Shown one piece after another: positions 12,681 through 25,343 of a stretch of DNA of 64,000 nt. The stretch lies in NCBI GenBank assembly GCA_951406725.2, contig OX597814.1:98828001-98892000 (forward strand), read 5' to 3'. This DNA is from Octopus vulgaris (Eukaryota). The notes under the pieces were generated by a model, which ran no database searches, was not told the origin of the DNA, and saw only the letters and a program-made list of their open reading frames with translations. The translations under genes were made by a program, and so were the position numbers. How positions within the stretch are numbered: position 1 is the stretch's first letter; every line of letters starts with the position of its first letter.

Positions 12681-13360
12681 TCACTCTCTTCTATTTTTTA
12701 AGCATTATAAATCTTCCACTGAGGAGTGAGCCGGTTTCGAACAAAGATATAAGGCTCCATCTTTGGGATGTAGTTAACACAGGCAAATTCACATTTGGAA
12801 CTTGAAAAAAGTCTTGCATATTTTTACTGTCCCATTCACAGATTGCACTTGTAATATACGAATTCGCCGGTTGATTTCTCTTTCTGAAAATTCCAGTTTA
12901 ATCCGAATTCTCCTTTAAGCATTTACTAATAAAACCTAGTGCTCCAATTATTATTGGTACGAATATGAATTCAGTCTGGATATAGAAACTGGAAGTTTTG
13001 AAGCAGTTGTCCATAGACATCCTCTTTTTCTTTGAGTTTCAAAGACATATTTATATCTGGAGCTGACCTCTATGATGGTACATACCTTTGCACCTCTGTC
13101 CCAAACAACAATATCCGGCCTGTTATGTTTACATTTGACAGAAGTTTTGATGGGAATATTCCACCAGTATTCCTTGAGGGATTTTCCAAGTTTATTTTAG
13201 GACAGTCGTTTTTGCGGATGGCATTGTAAATTGTTTTAGTAACAACGTCGTGCCGCATAGGGAGGTAATACCGTGACATTTTATGACGGCTGCTAATCAA
13301 ATGCGTGATGTCTTCCATAGAAACATGACATAGCCTACACATGCTGTTGCACCTTGGGGT
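12681..13360 (-). mobile_element. 5'-truncated R4/Dong-like non-LTR retrotransposon (Zn knuckle, restriction-like endonuclease, 3'UTR) inside (TATG)n
   Basis: [35 protein letters not shown], then after a frameshift EYWWNIPIKTSVKCKHNRPDIVVWDRGAKVCTIIEVS and FVPIIIGALG. These are the CCHC, RHD and PD-(D/E)xK motifs of RLE-type elements. (TATG)n lies on both sides. Confidence 0.88.
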
Positions 13361-14958
13361 TATGTATGTATGTATGTATGTATGTATGTATGTATGTATG
13401 TATGTATGTATGTATGTATGTATGTGTGTGATTACTGGTCATCTCGCTTCGGCCTGTCTCTAGGTACTAATAACAGAGACCGGTTACTCGTATAGTATAA
13501 GCGTTTATCTCTACAATCCAATAACCTACCGCTCTCTGTCGATGGTGACCTTATTCATCATTTCATATACTGAAAGTCCCATGGCGATGAAATGACAGGG
13601 AAGGCGCTCGAGCTAGTTGATAGATATCTGATGAAAACAACAGCAAATGTGACGTCAAAGATAGGACTAGATAACCTAGAAAGTAACTGGTGAATTTGAA
13701 TACTAGCAAAATTCTATAACTTAAAGTTTATATAAATGTCTTGTGTTTATGGGCATGTAAGCATGAGTAAATATGCTCCCAAACATTTGTATTTGAGTAT
13801 GCGGTTGTGAAACTCTACGTACCGCCAGTGTATATGTATGTACTATACTACGGACAAATTTTCAGTCATTCTTACTATAGAATTTTCTTAGGCTGTTTTG
13901 ATATCTGCATACTCTCTTGTTCTTTGTGTCTTTCGCTCGCTAACACCATTTATCGCCATCCAGCTTTTCACTTGACGTCTACCTTTAGCCTTGCTTAAAA
14001 CTTCAGCTCTCTAACTACACTCTTTCATTTATAACTTTCTTCTCTTCCTTCATATCACACCACCTCTCTCTAGACTAACTTTCTCCCTCATTCCTCATAT
14101 AACCCGTCCATTAACAAGAAATTCCATTTTTCTCAAATATCTAAAAACACCCTTTTGACAACGAATACCTACTCGGCTTCAGCTCTTTGCTCCTTTCTCC
14201 TTGCTCCTCCTTTCTCAACTTCCAGTTATCCTGCTTTTGTCCACTCGTGCCCCAGACCTCTGAGTCTCTATCACCACATCTCTCACTGCTTTCTTCATTC
14301 ATACAACCCATCACTATTTTAGTTCAAATTTTAATCATTTACTAGTCTAAAGACAGAGTAACAACTCCACTTTCCCTTTCTCTCGCCCCTCCCTCTTTCT
14401 TTCCGTAATTTCTCTCAAATGAAAGGCAAGACCCCGAAACGTTAGTTTCTTCACTTCTCATATCAAACTTACCAATCAATCTCTCTTACAGACCAAGTGT
14501 CGTCTATGCTGACCGCTACCGCATCGTTCGTGTACCAGGTTTCATTGTAATTTCCTTCCTCACTTGTTTGCAACGATTTACAGAAGTTAAGAAAATGGTG
14601 AATATTAAAATGTTGTCATGACAGTTCTGTTCTTGATATACATACGGCAGTTATGTCGAGAAAAAAGACAAAAAGAAATTTCATAAAACACAAAACCTAG
14701 TCAAAAAAATAAATAAGACAACAAAATAGAAGAAAAAGGAAAAAAATGATTAGATATAGGTGAATAATTTAACTTGTATTTGTTGGTTTGTGTGCATGTA
14801 TGTGTGTGTGTGTGTGCATATATATGTGTGCAATTATATATGTGTGTGTATGTACGTACATGTATGCATGTATGCAACGTACGTACGTACGTATGTGTGT
14901 GTGTGCATATAAGTGTATGTGTGCGCGCGCGTGTATGTATGCATCTATTTGTGTGTGT

Positions 14959-15007
<49 letters not shown>

Positions 15008-15292
15008 TGTTTACCTGTCAATTTGGTTGCGTGTGTTAGCGTGATTACTTATGTGTTTACGTGTTTTGTTGATATCGCTTGAATTCGAGTTGTGATGATT
15101 AACATACGAACTGTCATTCAGTGTTTGGATGGCTAGTTGATGTTAGTGGGGGATGGTGGTGTTGTGTACAGTATTGGGGATGCTGGTGCTGGTTCCGTGG
15201 TAGTGCTTGTGATGTGTTGGGGGCGGGTGGGAGTGGAATTTTATTTATTTTGTCTTGATAGCAGTGTTGAGTGGTGTAATATGGGGAACGAG

Positions 15293-15677
15293 GAGGCGCA
15301 ATGGCCCAGTGGTTAGGGCAGCGGACACGCGGTCATAGGATCGCGGTTTCGATTCCCAGACCGGGCGTTGTGAGTGTTTATTGAGCGAAAACACCTAAAA
15401 GTTCGACGGGGCTCCGGCAGGGGATGGTGGTGATCCCTGCTGTACTCTTTCACCACAACTTTCTCTCACTCTTACTTCCTGTTTCTGTTGTACCTGTATT
15501 TCAAGGGGCCGGCCTTGTCACTCTCTGTGTCACGCTGAATATCCCCGAGAACTACGTTAAGGGTGCACGTGTCTGTGGAGTGCTCAGCCACTTACACGTT
15601 AATTTCACGAGCAGGCTGTTCCGTTGATTCGGATCAACCGGAACCCTCATCGTCGTAACCGACGGAGTGCTTCCATC
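15293..15677 (+). mobile_element. tRNA-headed SINE family F, full length and young
   Basis: GGAGGCGCAATGGCCCAGTGGTTAGGGCAGCGGAC (A box), GGTTTCGATTCCC (B box). Near-identical copy at 38129-38515; partial copies at 29597 and 40112. Confidence 0.88.
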
Positions 15678-16069
15678 CAATATGGGGAACAGAGAGCGAG
15701 TTCGGTTTTTGCTATGAGACTGGTGGGTATAGTCGAATGCAGAGGGAGGGACCGAGATATGAAATATCTGACTTCAAAAAGACTAGTAAATAAGCAAGTG
15801 GAATTAGAAATAATACTAACATATGTACACATATGCACGTATGTGAATGTATGTGTCTATAAAATGTGTTTGTGTAGGTCAGTCTATAAGTTATACGCAA
15901 ATAGACATTAACCAATAGACAGTAACCATTGTACCTAGTAAACGACTAGAGATATACAACTTCAAAACAGAGTAGACATATAACGATACTCATATACAAA
16001 TATTATTATATGAAAATACTCATCTACTATAATATTGAGCTACATACATTCATATATATATATATACAC

Positions 16070-16159
<90 letters not shown>

Positions 16160-16370
16160 TTATATATAGGATCCAAGGATCGAGATGTGGGAAGAAAGTT
16201 AACTTCAAGCAATCCGTAGTAAATATATAAAACAACTTCCAAAGACAATAGTTGTTCATTGAGATGGAAGGTTGTGGATTTTTTTCGTATCGAAGTACGA
16301 TAAACAGAAATAAGTTCTATTTATATTTCACGATAGACAACCAGTGTTGCCGGGTGTGCGAATAAGAATG

Positions 16371-16724
16371 CAAGATTTAAGGAATGGACCAGATAAGATT
16401 CGGGCTACATATGTTTCATAGCGAGCGGAGCCTCAGAAATGATAAATATCCAAGCGAGGTGTATAGCGCAGGCTACTCTTCAGGCCAAGGATATCTTGAT
16501 AAAATGAAAGTTTACATTGTCGCTATGGAAGATTCTATCAGAATCATCCATGTGTTAATATGTACCTCCTTGTGACAATGTAAACTTTCATTTTATCAAG
16601 GTATTCTTGGCCTGAAGAGAAACCTGAGGTATACGCCTCGCTTCGATATTTAACACTTCTGAGGTTCCGGTCGCTATGAAACATATGAAGCCCAGATCTT
16701 ATCTACTCCATTCCTTAACCCTTG
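16371..16724. repeat. Long imperfect palindrome (~150-nt arms) containing a hammerhead in each arm
   Basis: TTAAGGAATGGACCAGATAAGAT...TTGATAAAATGAAAGTTTACATTGTC pairs with GACAATGTAAACTTTCATTTTATCAAG...ATCTTATCTACTCCATTCCTTAA. Confidence 0.92.
16403..16496 (-). ncRNA. Type-I hammerhead ribozyme with an intact core
   Basis: Minus strand: GGC-CTGAAGA-GTAGC...GCTAT-GAAA-CATATG-TA-GCC. Stem I GGC/GCC, stem II GTAGC/GCTAT, palindromic stem III ACATATGT, GUA cleavage triplet. Confidence 0.8.
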
Positions 16725-16794
16725 AATACACCCCCCCCACACACACAAACACACACACACACACATACACACACACAACACATACACACACACA

Positions 16795-16910
16795 GGTGAG
16801 CACATAAGTGCAAAACAAGGTGGAAAAAATATCAAGGGTAGAATAATATACTTTTTATTAAAGCTGCAATATTATCATAAAACTGTTACTCAGAGTTTCA
16901 CGTTCCCGTG
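16795..16910 (-). mobile_element. PLE-like terminal fragment with only the 3' half of a hammerhead
   Basis: Minus strand ACGGGAACGT-GAAA-CTC T GAG-TA-ACAGTTTT. The CUGANGA half is absent and the sequence runs into (TA)n. Confidence 0.4.
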
Positions 16911-16980
<70 letters not shown>

Positions 16981-18072
16981 CACAAATACATTCATATTCA
17001 TATGTTTATACGAAGACACTCATTCACAGGTACATATTTATTAGTATACACACTTGAAAAACCTTTTTATACACACATAAATAGTGTGTGTACCCATTTA
17101 TAATATTTAGACAAATGGGAAGAAGCATGATGTGTATGTAAAGTTTTGTCTCAGACAAACTTCTTAAAAAGTCTTCTAAATTATAAATACAGGCCTTCGT
17201 GTTTATAATTCAGTAGACCTCTGTCGCTAGACTCGGTGTTTCGAATTGAATTGGTCTCCTCAGGGACGAATATTCCTTATGTTCTCTTATAAAAAGAATA
17301 CGCTAGACGTTCTTAGCTAATCTAAAAATGCTTGATCTGATATAGAAAGATGTAAACAAACCATTAACTAATCTATGCGAAATATTACCCAGGCTAGGAT
17401 TAAATTAATAGGCGTATTTGAAGCAGCATTAGATTAAAATACCAGTGTGTATACATACATTTCTATTACACATCCATGTGTAAACATATCTAGTGTGGCT
17501 GATACCTCTTTTTCCGTTCACGGAAATTTTGTATATAAAGACAGGTAATTACATCTGTCTGTATATAGTTTTGGCTGAAATCTATAAATATATTTCTCCT
17601 GTACATCAGTATAGCACTGAAATAAAAAGCTGATGATGCATCAGCTTTTAATTGGTTGAATTAGCTGCCAAAATGACTTAAATTGACCAATACTGTTTAC
17701 TTAAGACCTTAGTAATAGTTTATGCGCAGTGATTCCGTGGACAGTTAAAGAAGGTCCTCGGTCACAGATGAAATCCCAACACACAGTTGAGATTAGTTCG
17801 ATTGACTGATTTATTCTATCGACGAAGATATTGCATTTAAAGATAACTGTCTAAACACAGTATTTGTTAAAATCTATAGATATACTCCGACGTACACTAG
17901 TCATTTAAACTAGCTATTTAAATGCGTTATATATGCAAATCAGGCTATCCGATTTACCTAACTCTTAGTAATATCTGGTCTGTAAGCAATGTCTCTGTGG
18001 AGTGTTAAATAGAGAATTCGGTCGTAGAAACTGGTCTGGCTGGTTCCACTTTTTCTGTCATTGAAAATGATA

Positions 18073-18451
18073 TCTTTATATATAAAAGTGAAGTTGTGTG
18101 TCTGTCTACTCTGATTTAGATTCCTAACTACTCCCACATTTTGCGGTGCAGTTTAACCAAAACCGGGTATCATATAGTCGTGATTCATATCGAGCCCTTC
18201 TGGGTATTAGCGCGCGTCTACGATGAGTCTACGATTTTAAAAATAATTTACCATAATTTTTTTCCATTTTCATGCATATTTTTTTAAAGGGAAGTAACTC
18301 TCTAAAAATGTCTACGATGAGTCAACGATTTAAAAAAAAATTTAACATCATATTTTTTCCATTTTTTTGCTATTTTTTGGCAATAACTCTCTAAAAATGC
18401 TGTATAGTTATTTCCCTTACAAACCCGAGCAACGCCGGGCGATACTGCTAG
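18073..18451 (+). mobile_element. Non-autonomous Helitron
   Basis: A|TC 5' end (TCTTTATATATAAAAG), 3' hairpin CCCGAGCAACGCCGGG about 11 nt before CTAG|T, and an internal duplication GTCTACGATGAGTC(T)ACGATTT. Confidence 0.85.
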
Positions 18452-19004
18452 TTACACATAAAGACAAACTGCATACTGCTGTCTACTCACCCTGTGTCAA
18501 TTAAAATCTATTGATATATCTAATTTCATCGGAAACTCTTTGTCTAACTCAAAAGGGGATGCGTGAGTTGCGAGCTCATTTCTCTATAAACATACTCACG
18601 TGCAAATATATTTATATGTGTTTTTCTCGCGTGATTTCCACACGCAGTGCTATTATTTTGAATACTCTCCAGTCATGGTTTCTACCTAGCATATAGGTGA
18701 CCTAGAATTGAATTAAAAAGTGCCGCTTGATACTGGGCATGAAGGGTAAGTGCTTAAGAGTTCGTGAATCATAAAAGATACTGACAACGATCAAAGGGTT
18801 GCTGGGTTAGAAAAAAGAGTGAACCACGGGCGAGTGCATACACAAGTGTTTGTGTGCGCGCGCATAAGTGTGCATGTGTGCTTGTGGTGAGTATATATAT
18901 AAATATGTATTTGTGAACAAATACATGCATATGTCTATATATACCCATTTAAACACACCGAAACAGCACACAAACATACACACATACAATACCTACACAC
19001 TCAG

Positions 19005-19050
<46 letters not shown>

Positions 19051-19241
19051 TGTATGAATGGATGCATGTATATATATATGTGTACGGATTCACACATACT
19101 TAACTTTGTATGTGTGAATGTATGTTGATACTCATATACAGAATTAAACATACAAATACACACATACACATGCATATTCATCAGTTTAATCATATGTACT
19201 GAGACATAAGACTGCGGATGCTTAAGTATTAAATAACGCAC

Positions 19242-19322
<81 letters not shown>

Positions 19323-19809
19323 CCTTCTTATTTATAAGTTCATCTGTTTATAGATGCATCACACATACACACATTCATGCACACCCCCACACACATGTAC
19401 ACCCACACCTACCCACCCACACACCCACACACCCAAGTGCATATGTGCATGCATGCACACACATACATACGCGACATTTGTATGTATGCATGTGCTACTT
19501 ATCGTGCCCTTTCCTTCTGTAGACAAGACTAAAAGATACGAAACTTCTCATATTTCAATGGATATCAGCCAAGCCCAGTTGGCCAATCTTGACCAACCGT
19601 CTATCGGATTATTCGTCACGCTAGCTCATTACCATAACTGGACTGTTTAGCTGCTTGAGTTTTGTTACTGATATCCACACTATTAGTCTTCTCAGTTAAT
19701 TCATTGTATTTGCTCTTTGCATTTGTATATCTCAGCCTTGCGTTCGAATTCGGTTTCAAATAAATATAAACTCTATTGGAATAGTAATGTAATTTCTTGT
19801 ATTCACTGT

Positions 19810-20222
19810 TTTTGTTTCAGGCATTGGACTGTGGTCATGCTAGGAGCACTAACGTAAATCGCTCCCAGTACAATTTTTAAAAAAATAGTACTGTCCGTCC
19901 CTTTTTTGCCGAGCCGCTGGTTTATGGGGATTTAAACGAACCATCATCATTGTCAAGCGGTAGAACAAACACAAAGACACACTTATACATACATATGCAT
20001 ACATACTTACATACATACACACGTACACACACAGACAGACACACACACATACACTATATGCTCATAGTTTCCATCAACCAAATTTACTCTCCAGACTTTG
20101 GTAGGCCCGGCACTGGAGTAGAAGACATTTGCTCAATATACAGCACAGTAGAACTGAACCAGAAACCACATAATTACAAAGCATACTTCTTAACCGTACA
20201 GACATGCTTGCGCATAGGCGTA
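19810..20222 (-). mobile_element. SINE family B copy (degenerate)
   Basis: TGTTTCAGGCATTGGACTGTGGTCATGCTAGGAGCAC tail, internal (CA)n, and AGTAGAAGACATTTGCTCAA core remnant. Confidence 0.65.
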
Positions 20223-20421
20223 ACATTACTGAATGAATTCAAACCTACGATGTCTTTTTGAATCATATTTAAACACAAGCAGTCTTTACGAATTGTATTT
20301 AAATATATGAAATCCTTTAAAATAAACTTTAAACAAACGTAATTTCTCGTGTTCAAGTCATAATTAACCATGAGTAGACTTTTTGAATCTGGCTTTAAAC
20401 AAACTTAGTATTTCGCTAACA

Positions 20422-20584
20422 GGCGTAGGGGCAGCTGTGTGGTAAGTAGCTTGCCTACCAACCACATGGTTCCGGGTTCAGTCCCACTGCGTGACACCTT
20501 GGGCAAGTGTCTTCTACTATAGCCCCGGACCGACCAAAGCCTTGTGAGTGGATTTGGTAGACGGAAACTGAAAGAAGTCCGTCG

Positions 20585-20665
<81 letters not shown>

Positions 20666-20857
20666 TTGTCTGTGTTTGTCCGCCCCCCCAACATCGCTTG
20701 ATAACCGATGCTGGTGTGTTTACGTCCCCGTAACTTAGCGGTTCGGCAAAAGAGACCGATTGAATAAGTACTAGTCTTAAAAAGATTTGCTCGACTAAGG
20801 CGATGCTCCAGCATAGCTACAGTCAAATGACTGAAACCAGTAAAAGAGTAAAAGAGT
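20422..20857 (+). mobile_element. SINE family B, full length (tRNA head, CORE-like domain, internal (TA)n(TG)n, GTAAAAGA tail)
   Basis: GCTGTGTGGTAAGTAGCTTGC, GGTTCAGTCCC, ACCTTGGGCAAGTGTCTT (CORE-like); tail CAGTCAAATGACTGAAAC-GTAAAAGAGTAAAAGAG. Confidence 0.88.
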
Positions 20858-21224
20858 ATTTATTATTATTGTTGCTGTTTAGTCCAGATCATCTCTTATT
20901 GAGCAGATCTTATGATTTATCAAAACATTCTAGTTATGAAAATCGCTTTCGTCTGCTGACGATCTGAATAACAAACAGATCCAAGATAAATTGACCAAAT
21001 CCCCATATATTAGGTGCGGAAGTCTCTTCAGCACGATAGTAGTGGCCAGTAAAGACTACCTTGCGTGAGCAATACAAATAGAGATGAGTTGAATTTGTCT
21101 GTAAGTATCCTCATAGATCTTGTGTCCACATCATGAAATATTTTGAACCCTGGGTGTACGTGCCATCAAGGTGATCAAATATGCATATATATATGGATCT
21201 GCTCCCGAAGAAATCGTGTCAGCT

Positions 21225-21510
21225 GCTAATGGTGGTGCAGCATCTGTCGTGGGTGTAGAGGCCCACACGGGAGTGGCAGTCACGCATACATCGACTGTAT
21301 TTGAAGGAGCTCTCTGCCGGCGCTACTGGATTTTCCTTCCATCGAATGCGCTTTTGTTTGGTGACGAGTTCCTGTTTTTCTTCCCCTCGCTTCATCCCCT
21401 TTTGCGTAGGCGATCATTTGTGACCTCATCCCATCTCAGGACGTTCAGATCAACCGACTCCATATCTCTCTTTCAGACGTCCTTGAAACGAAGGTTTTCC
21501 TCGTGCTCTT
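21225..21510 (-). mobile_element. RTE-clade LINE ORF2 C-terminal fragment
   Basis: Minus strand LRFKDV*KRDMESVDLNVLRWDEVTNDR ... SSFKYSRCMRDCHSRVGLYTHDRCC matches the RTE pattern RFKD..KRD...W...DR followed by a C2H-type finger (C.SR.GL..H.R.C). Confidence 0.75.
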
Positions 21511-21511
21511 G

Positions 21512-21578
<67 letters not shown>

Positions 21579-21629
21579 GCCTTGTGATTGGATTTGATAG
21601 ACGGAAACTGAAAGAAGCCAGTCGTATAT

Positions 21630-23320
21630 TGTTTTGGGAATAATAGTAATAATGATACACTCCTCCCACATCACGAGTGGTATGAATTAACCGCTACAAA
21701 TAAGGTAACGTCCGTCAGTATAAAAAGAGACGGCGGAGTCGACGTTCTTACACAGTCGTATTTTTATTGGTCTAACAAATTTACTGGTTTACCAGAGTAG
21801 GCGTTATAACAATCCGACTTAAAGGATTACAACAGTGGTGACGAGGAATTAACAAACTCAGAAAAGCTTCTTTCCGTGCAAATTTTCCGGGAAAAAAAAT
21901 TGTAAAATTATGGAAAATTTGTTGGCCGGTTTGCTCGAGTTGCAGAAACAGCAATTGAAATAACAACAACGGCAGCTACAACTGCAAGAACAACAGCTGA
22001 AGCAACAACAGTAGCAACAACAACAGAAAGGACAACAACAGCGGCAGCTACAACTGCAAGAAGAACAGCAGAAGCATCAACAACAATTACTATTACAGCA
22101 ACAAATGCTGCAATTAATGAATAGTAAGTAGTCAGCTGAAAAAACGTTCTCACCGGATTATGTTGCGAACTCGATAAGAGAGTTTAAGTATGAACCAGAC
22201 GAAGGAGTTACCTTCAAGGCGTAGAATAGAAGATATGAACAGATCTTCAGTAAAGAGTGCAAAGACTGGGCCGACGATATAAAAAAAGCGTTTAATCCTA
22301 AGGAAATTAGCTGCAGGAGAACGTGGGCGTTACAGCAATTGTGTACTCCCGAGAAACCTTTTTGACATAAACTTTAAAAATACAATAGACATATTGTGTA
22401 AAATCTTTAGCGAGAAAATCTCGTTGTTCAATACACGCTGGAAATGTTTGAACCTAAAAAAGAACAACGAAGAGGACTACATCATATATGCCGGTAGAGT
22501 TAACAGGGAAACGGAAAAGTTCAAGCTGGACGAATTAACGCCAGATATGTTCAAGTGCCTGATATTTACTCAGGGACTAACTGCAGAGACAGACACAGAA
22601 ATAAGAACAAGAATTCTTGCTCAGCTGGAACAAAACCAAGCTGCACTTTTATAACAAGTGTCAGCGGAGTGTGAAAGAATAGTAAATTTTAGACACGGCA
22701 CAGGAAAAATTGTACATAAAAATTACTCCCAAGTGAAACAAGTGTGAAATAGGCAGAATAGAAAGTAAGTATGTATTAAAATACAGTACAAACAGGACAA
22801 AGATCAGGAAATAAACTTATGCCTTGCATGCGTAGCTCTACACCTCACGAAAAACTGTCCATTTAAGAAAGCGGAATGCTTCTGTTGTGGACAGATTGGA
22901 CACGTGTAAGCGCACTGTAAAACCAAGATGGCAAAACGTTGAAACAAAGGACAAGCGTAAGAGAAAGAAAATGTACAGAGTTCCTGAAGGTGGGTGCCAA
23001 ACGGAAAAATATTAAATGTGTAACTATGAAAAAAAAAATACTCAAAAAGGAGATGGGGTGATATAAAAGTATTGCTATTAAAAGAAATAAAATGACACTC
23101 CCCAAGAAAAAAGAAAAACTTAAAAGGGAGATGTTGTGGGGAGAATAGTAATAATGGTACATCACCCCCTCCACATGATGAGTGGTATATAAATGAGGCG
23201 ACGTCGGTCAGTATAAAGAGAGAGTACGAAGAAGACGTCCTTAGATAGTCGTGTCTTTAGTGGTCTAACAACTATACTGCTATACCGAAGTGGGCGTTAC
23301 AAGACGACGAGGGTTACAAC
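21630..23320 (+). mobile_element. Ty3/Gypsy LTR retrotransposon, gag only with pol deleted (Mag-like)
   Basis: 5' LTR 21630-21834 (TGTT...AACA); PBS TGGTGACGAGGA 21836-47; gag pseudo-ORF (EFKYEPDEGVTF..., KISLFNTRWKCLNL..., FKCLIFTQGL..EIRTRIL, tandem knuckles CLAC..H...C and CFCCGQIGH...C); PPT AAAAGGGAGA; 3' LTR 23132-23320. Confidence 0.9.
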
Positions 23321-23321
23321 T

Positions 23322-23424
<103 letters not shown>

Positions 23425-23436
23425 CCCTTGGCCATA

Positions 23437-23474
<38 letters not shown>

Positions 23475-23477
<3 letters not shown>

Positions 23478-25085
23478 TTGCGGTCAAAATGTTCAGAACG
23501 GTATTGTTTTCGTCAGAAAAGTAAGTATAAGTTTTTATCAAAGTAGTTTTATATTCTATAATTTTCACAGACAATAAACACAATATTAATTGTTATTGTC
23601 TGAGAATCTGGTGTAATTTGAGAGGATAATACAAAAGTTATGAATGATTTAGTGATTTACTGCAAAACCCATTGCGGCCAAAATGATCAGAACGGTTGAA
23701 AAAATAACAAAATAATCAAAAATGACAGAGAATACTGGAATTATTTAATATTTAGTGTGAAGACCTTTAGCTTCAATCACACTCTGACATCTTTGACTGC
23801 ATGAGGAAATGAAATTTTCAATTTCTTGCTGGGTGATCTTATTCCATTCTTCCTGAAGGGCATTCCATAATTGCTCAGTTGTTTTAGGATTTCTGGCTTT
23901 CGAACGCTCTCCTAGAATATTCCATACATTTTCAATAGGATTGAGATCTGGGCTTTGAGCAGGCCAATCCATAACAATAACCTTTTCAGCCTTAAGGAAG
24001 TTCATGACCACCTTAGCCTTGTGACATGGGGCATTGTCCTTCGCTTAGTTGAATTTCTCAGCACAGGCAAGACATGATCTTTTACAAGTTGTTCATAAAC
24101 TCCTGCATTTACCTTTCCATGTAATCGCACCAAAGGGCCCACATCATCTCCAGATATCATCCCCCAAACCATGACACTTCCTCCACCGAATTTAACACTA
24201 GTCTTAAGGCATTTAGGCGACAATTTTTCACCTACTTTTCTACGAACGTACCTTTTCCCATCTGAGCCAAATAACATAAACTTAGATTCATCACTGAAAT
24301 GCACCGTTTGCCATTTTTCTTGAGACCACAACATATGTTTGGTTGCAAAGGTAAGACGACACTTTTTATTCTTGGAGCTGATCAGTGGCTTCACTGCAGG
24401 TGCTCTTGCTTGTAGGTCATGTTCAACTAAACGACGAGACAGTTTTTCGAGATAAAGTTTTCTACAATACAATGCTCATTTTCCGAGAAACAGCAGCTGC
24501 AGTTTTAAATCTGTCCTTTTTAACCAACTTTACCATAGCACGATCTTCTCTCTTGGTCGTTTTTCTTGGCCTACCTGTAAACTTTCTTGCTTCACACGAA
24601 CCACAATCATCGTAGACCTTAAGAATACCGTGTACAACACTTTTTGACTTGTTAACAATCTTTGCAATAGATCCAATACTTAAATTATCCTTCCTTCGAA
24701 GCTTAATAATCTGCTAACGAATTGGTAACGGAGTAAGTGGCATTATATTGACAAAGAACACTGTAAATATTCTTACTAATGTTTAGTAAACGAACCGTCA
24801 CGTAAACAAATTCAAAACATTAGAGTTCGCCGGTTAAATATACTAAAACACGGAGTAAAGGCAACCGTTCTGATCATTTTGGCCGCCATGGGTTTTGCAG
24901 TAAATCACTAAATCCTCCATAACTTTTGTATTGTCCTCTCAAATTACACCAAAATCTCAGGCAATAACAAAATATATCGTATTTATTGTCTATGAAAATT
25001 ATAGAATATAAAACAAATTTGATAAAAACTTATACTTACTTTTCTGACGAAAACAATGCCGTTCTGAACATTTTGGCCACCACTG
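23475..25085 (-). mobile_element. Full-length Tc1-like transposon (DD34E) with ~225-bp IR-DR terminal repeats; transposase pseudogene 24743-23745
   Basis: TA|CAGT...ACTG|TA ends; outer and inner GGCCAAAATG(T/A)TCAGAACGG repeats in each TIR; GRPRKTT, FSDESKF, KFGGGSVMVWG, DNAPCH, WPAQSPDLNPIENVW; contains a stop and frameshifts. Confidence 0.95.
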
Positions 25086-25087
<2 letters not shown>

Positions 25088-25119
<32 letters not shown>

Positions 25120-25343
25120 CATGTGTGTCTTTGTGTCTGTGTTTGTTCTCTCACCATCGCTTGACAACCGATGTGAGTGTGTTTACTTATCTGTAACTTA
25201 GCGGCTCGATAAAAGAGGCCGATAGAATAAGAGGTTTACAAAGAATAAGTTCTGTGGTCGATTTCTTCGACTAAAAACCCCTTTAAAGCGGTACTCCAGC
25301 TTGGCCGCAGTCAAATGACTGAAAATAAAAGAATAAAAGAATA
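25088..25343 (+). mobile_element. 3' half of a SINE family B copy whose middle portion lies at 21575-21629
   Basis: (TA)(TG)n, then CATCGCTTGACAACCGATG...CAGTCAAATGACTGAAAATAAAAGAATAAAAGAA. Confidence 0.8.

Noticed and set aside
14410-14450. CAAATGA-AAGGCAAGACCCC-GAAACGTTA
   Set aside because: It may be a remnant of a PLE hammerhead, but with two core substitutions and no stem I it is too decayed to call as a feature.
15293-15365. tRNA-like sequences at SINE heads (also 20422, 36488, 38129, 57175)
   Set aside because: They have A and B boxes but no complete cloverleaf, and they continue into repeated SINE bodies, so they are not tRNA genes.
17625-17649. AAAAGCTGATG-ATG-CATCAGCTTTT hairpin resembling a terminator
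   Set aside because: Eukaryotic context; a short palindrome of this size is unremarkable in AT-rich DNA.
21950-22110. Gln/Thr/Ala-rich ORF-like stretch
   Set aside because: It is a CAA/CAG-rich low-complexity region at the start of the Gypsy gag, not a host gene.
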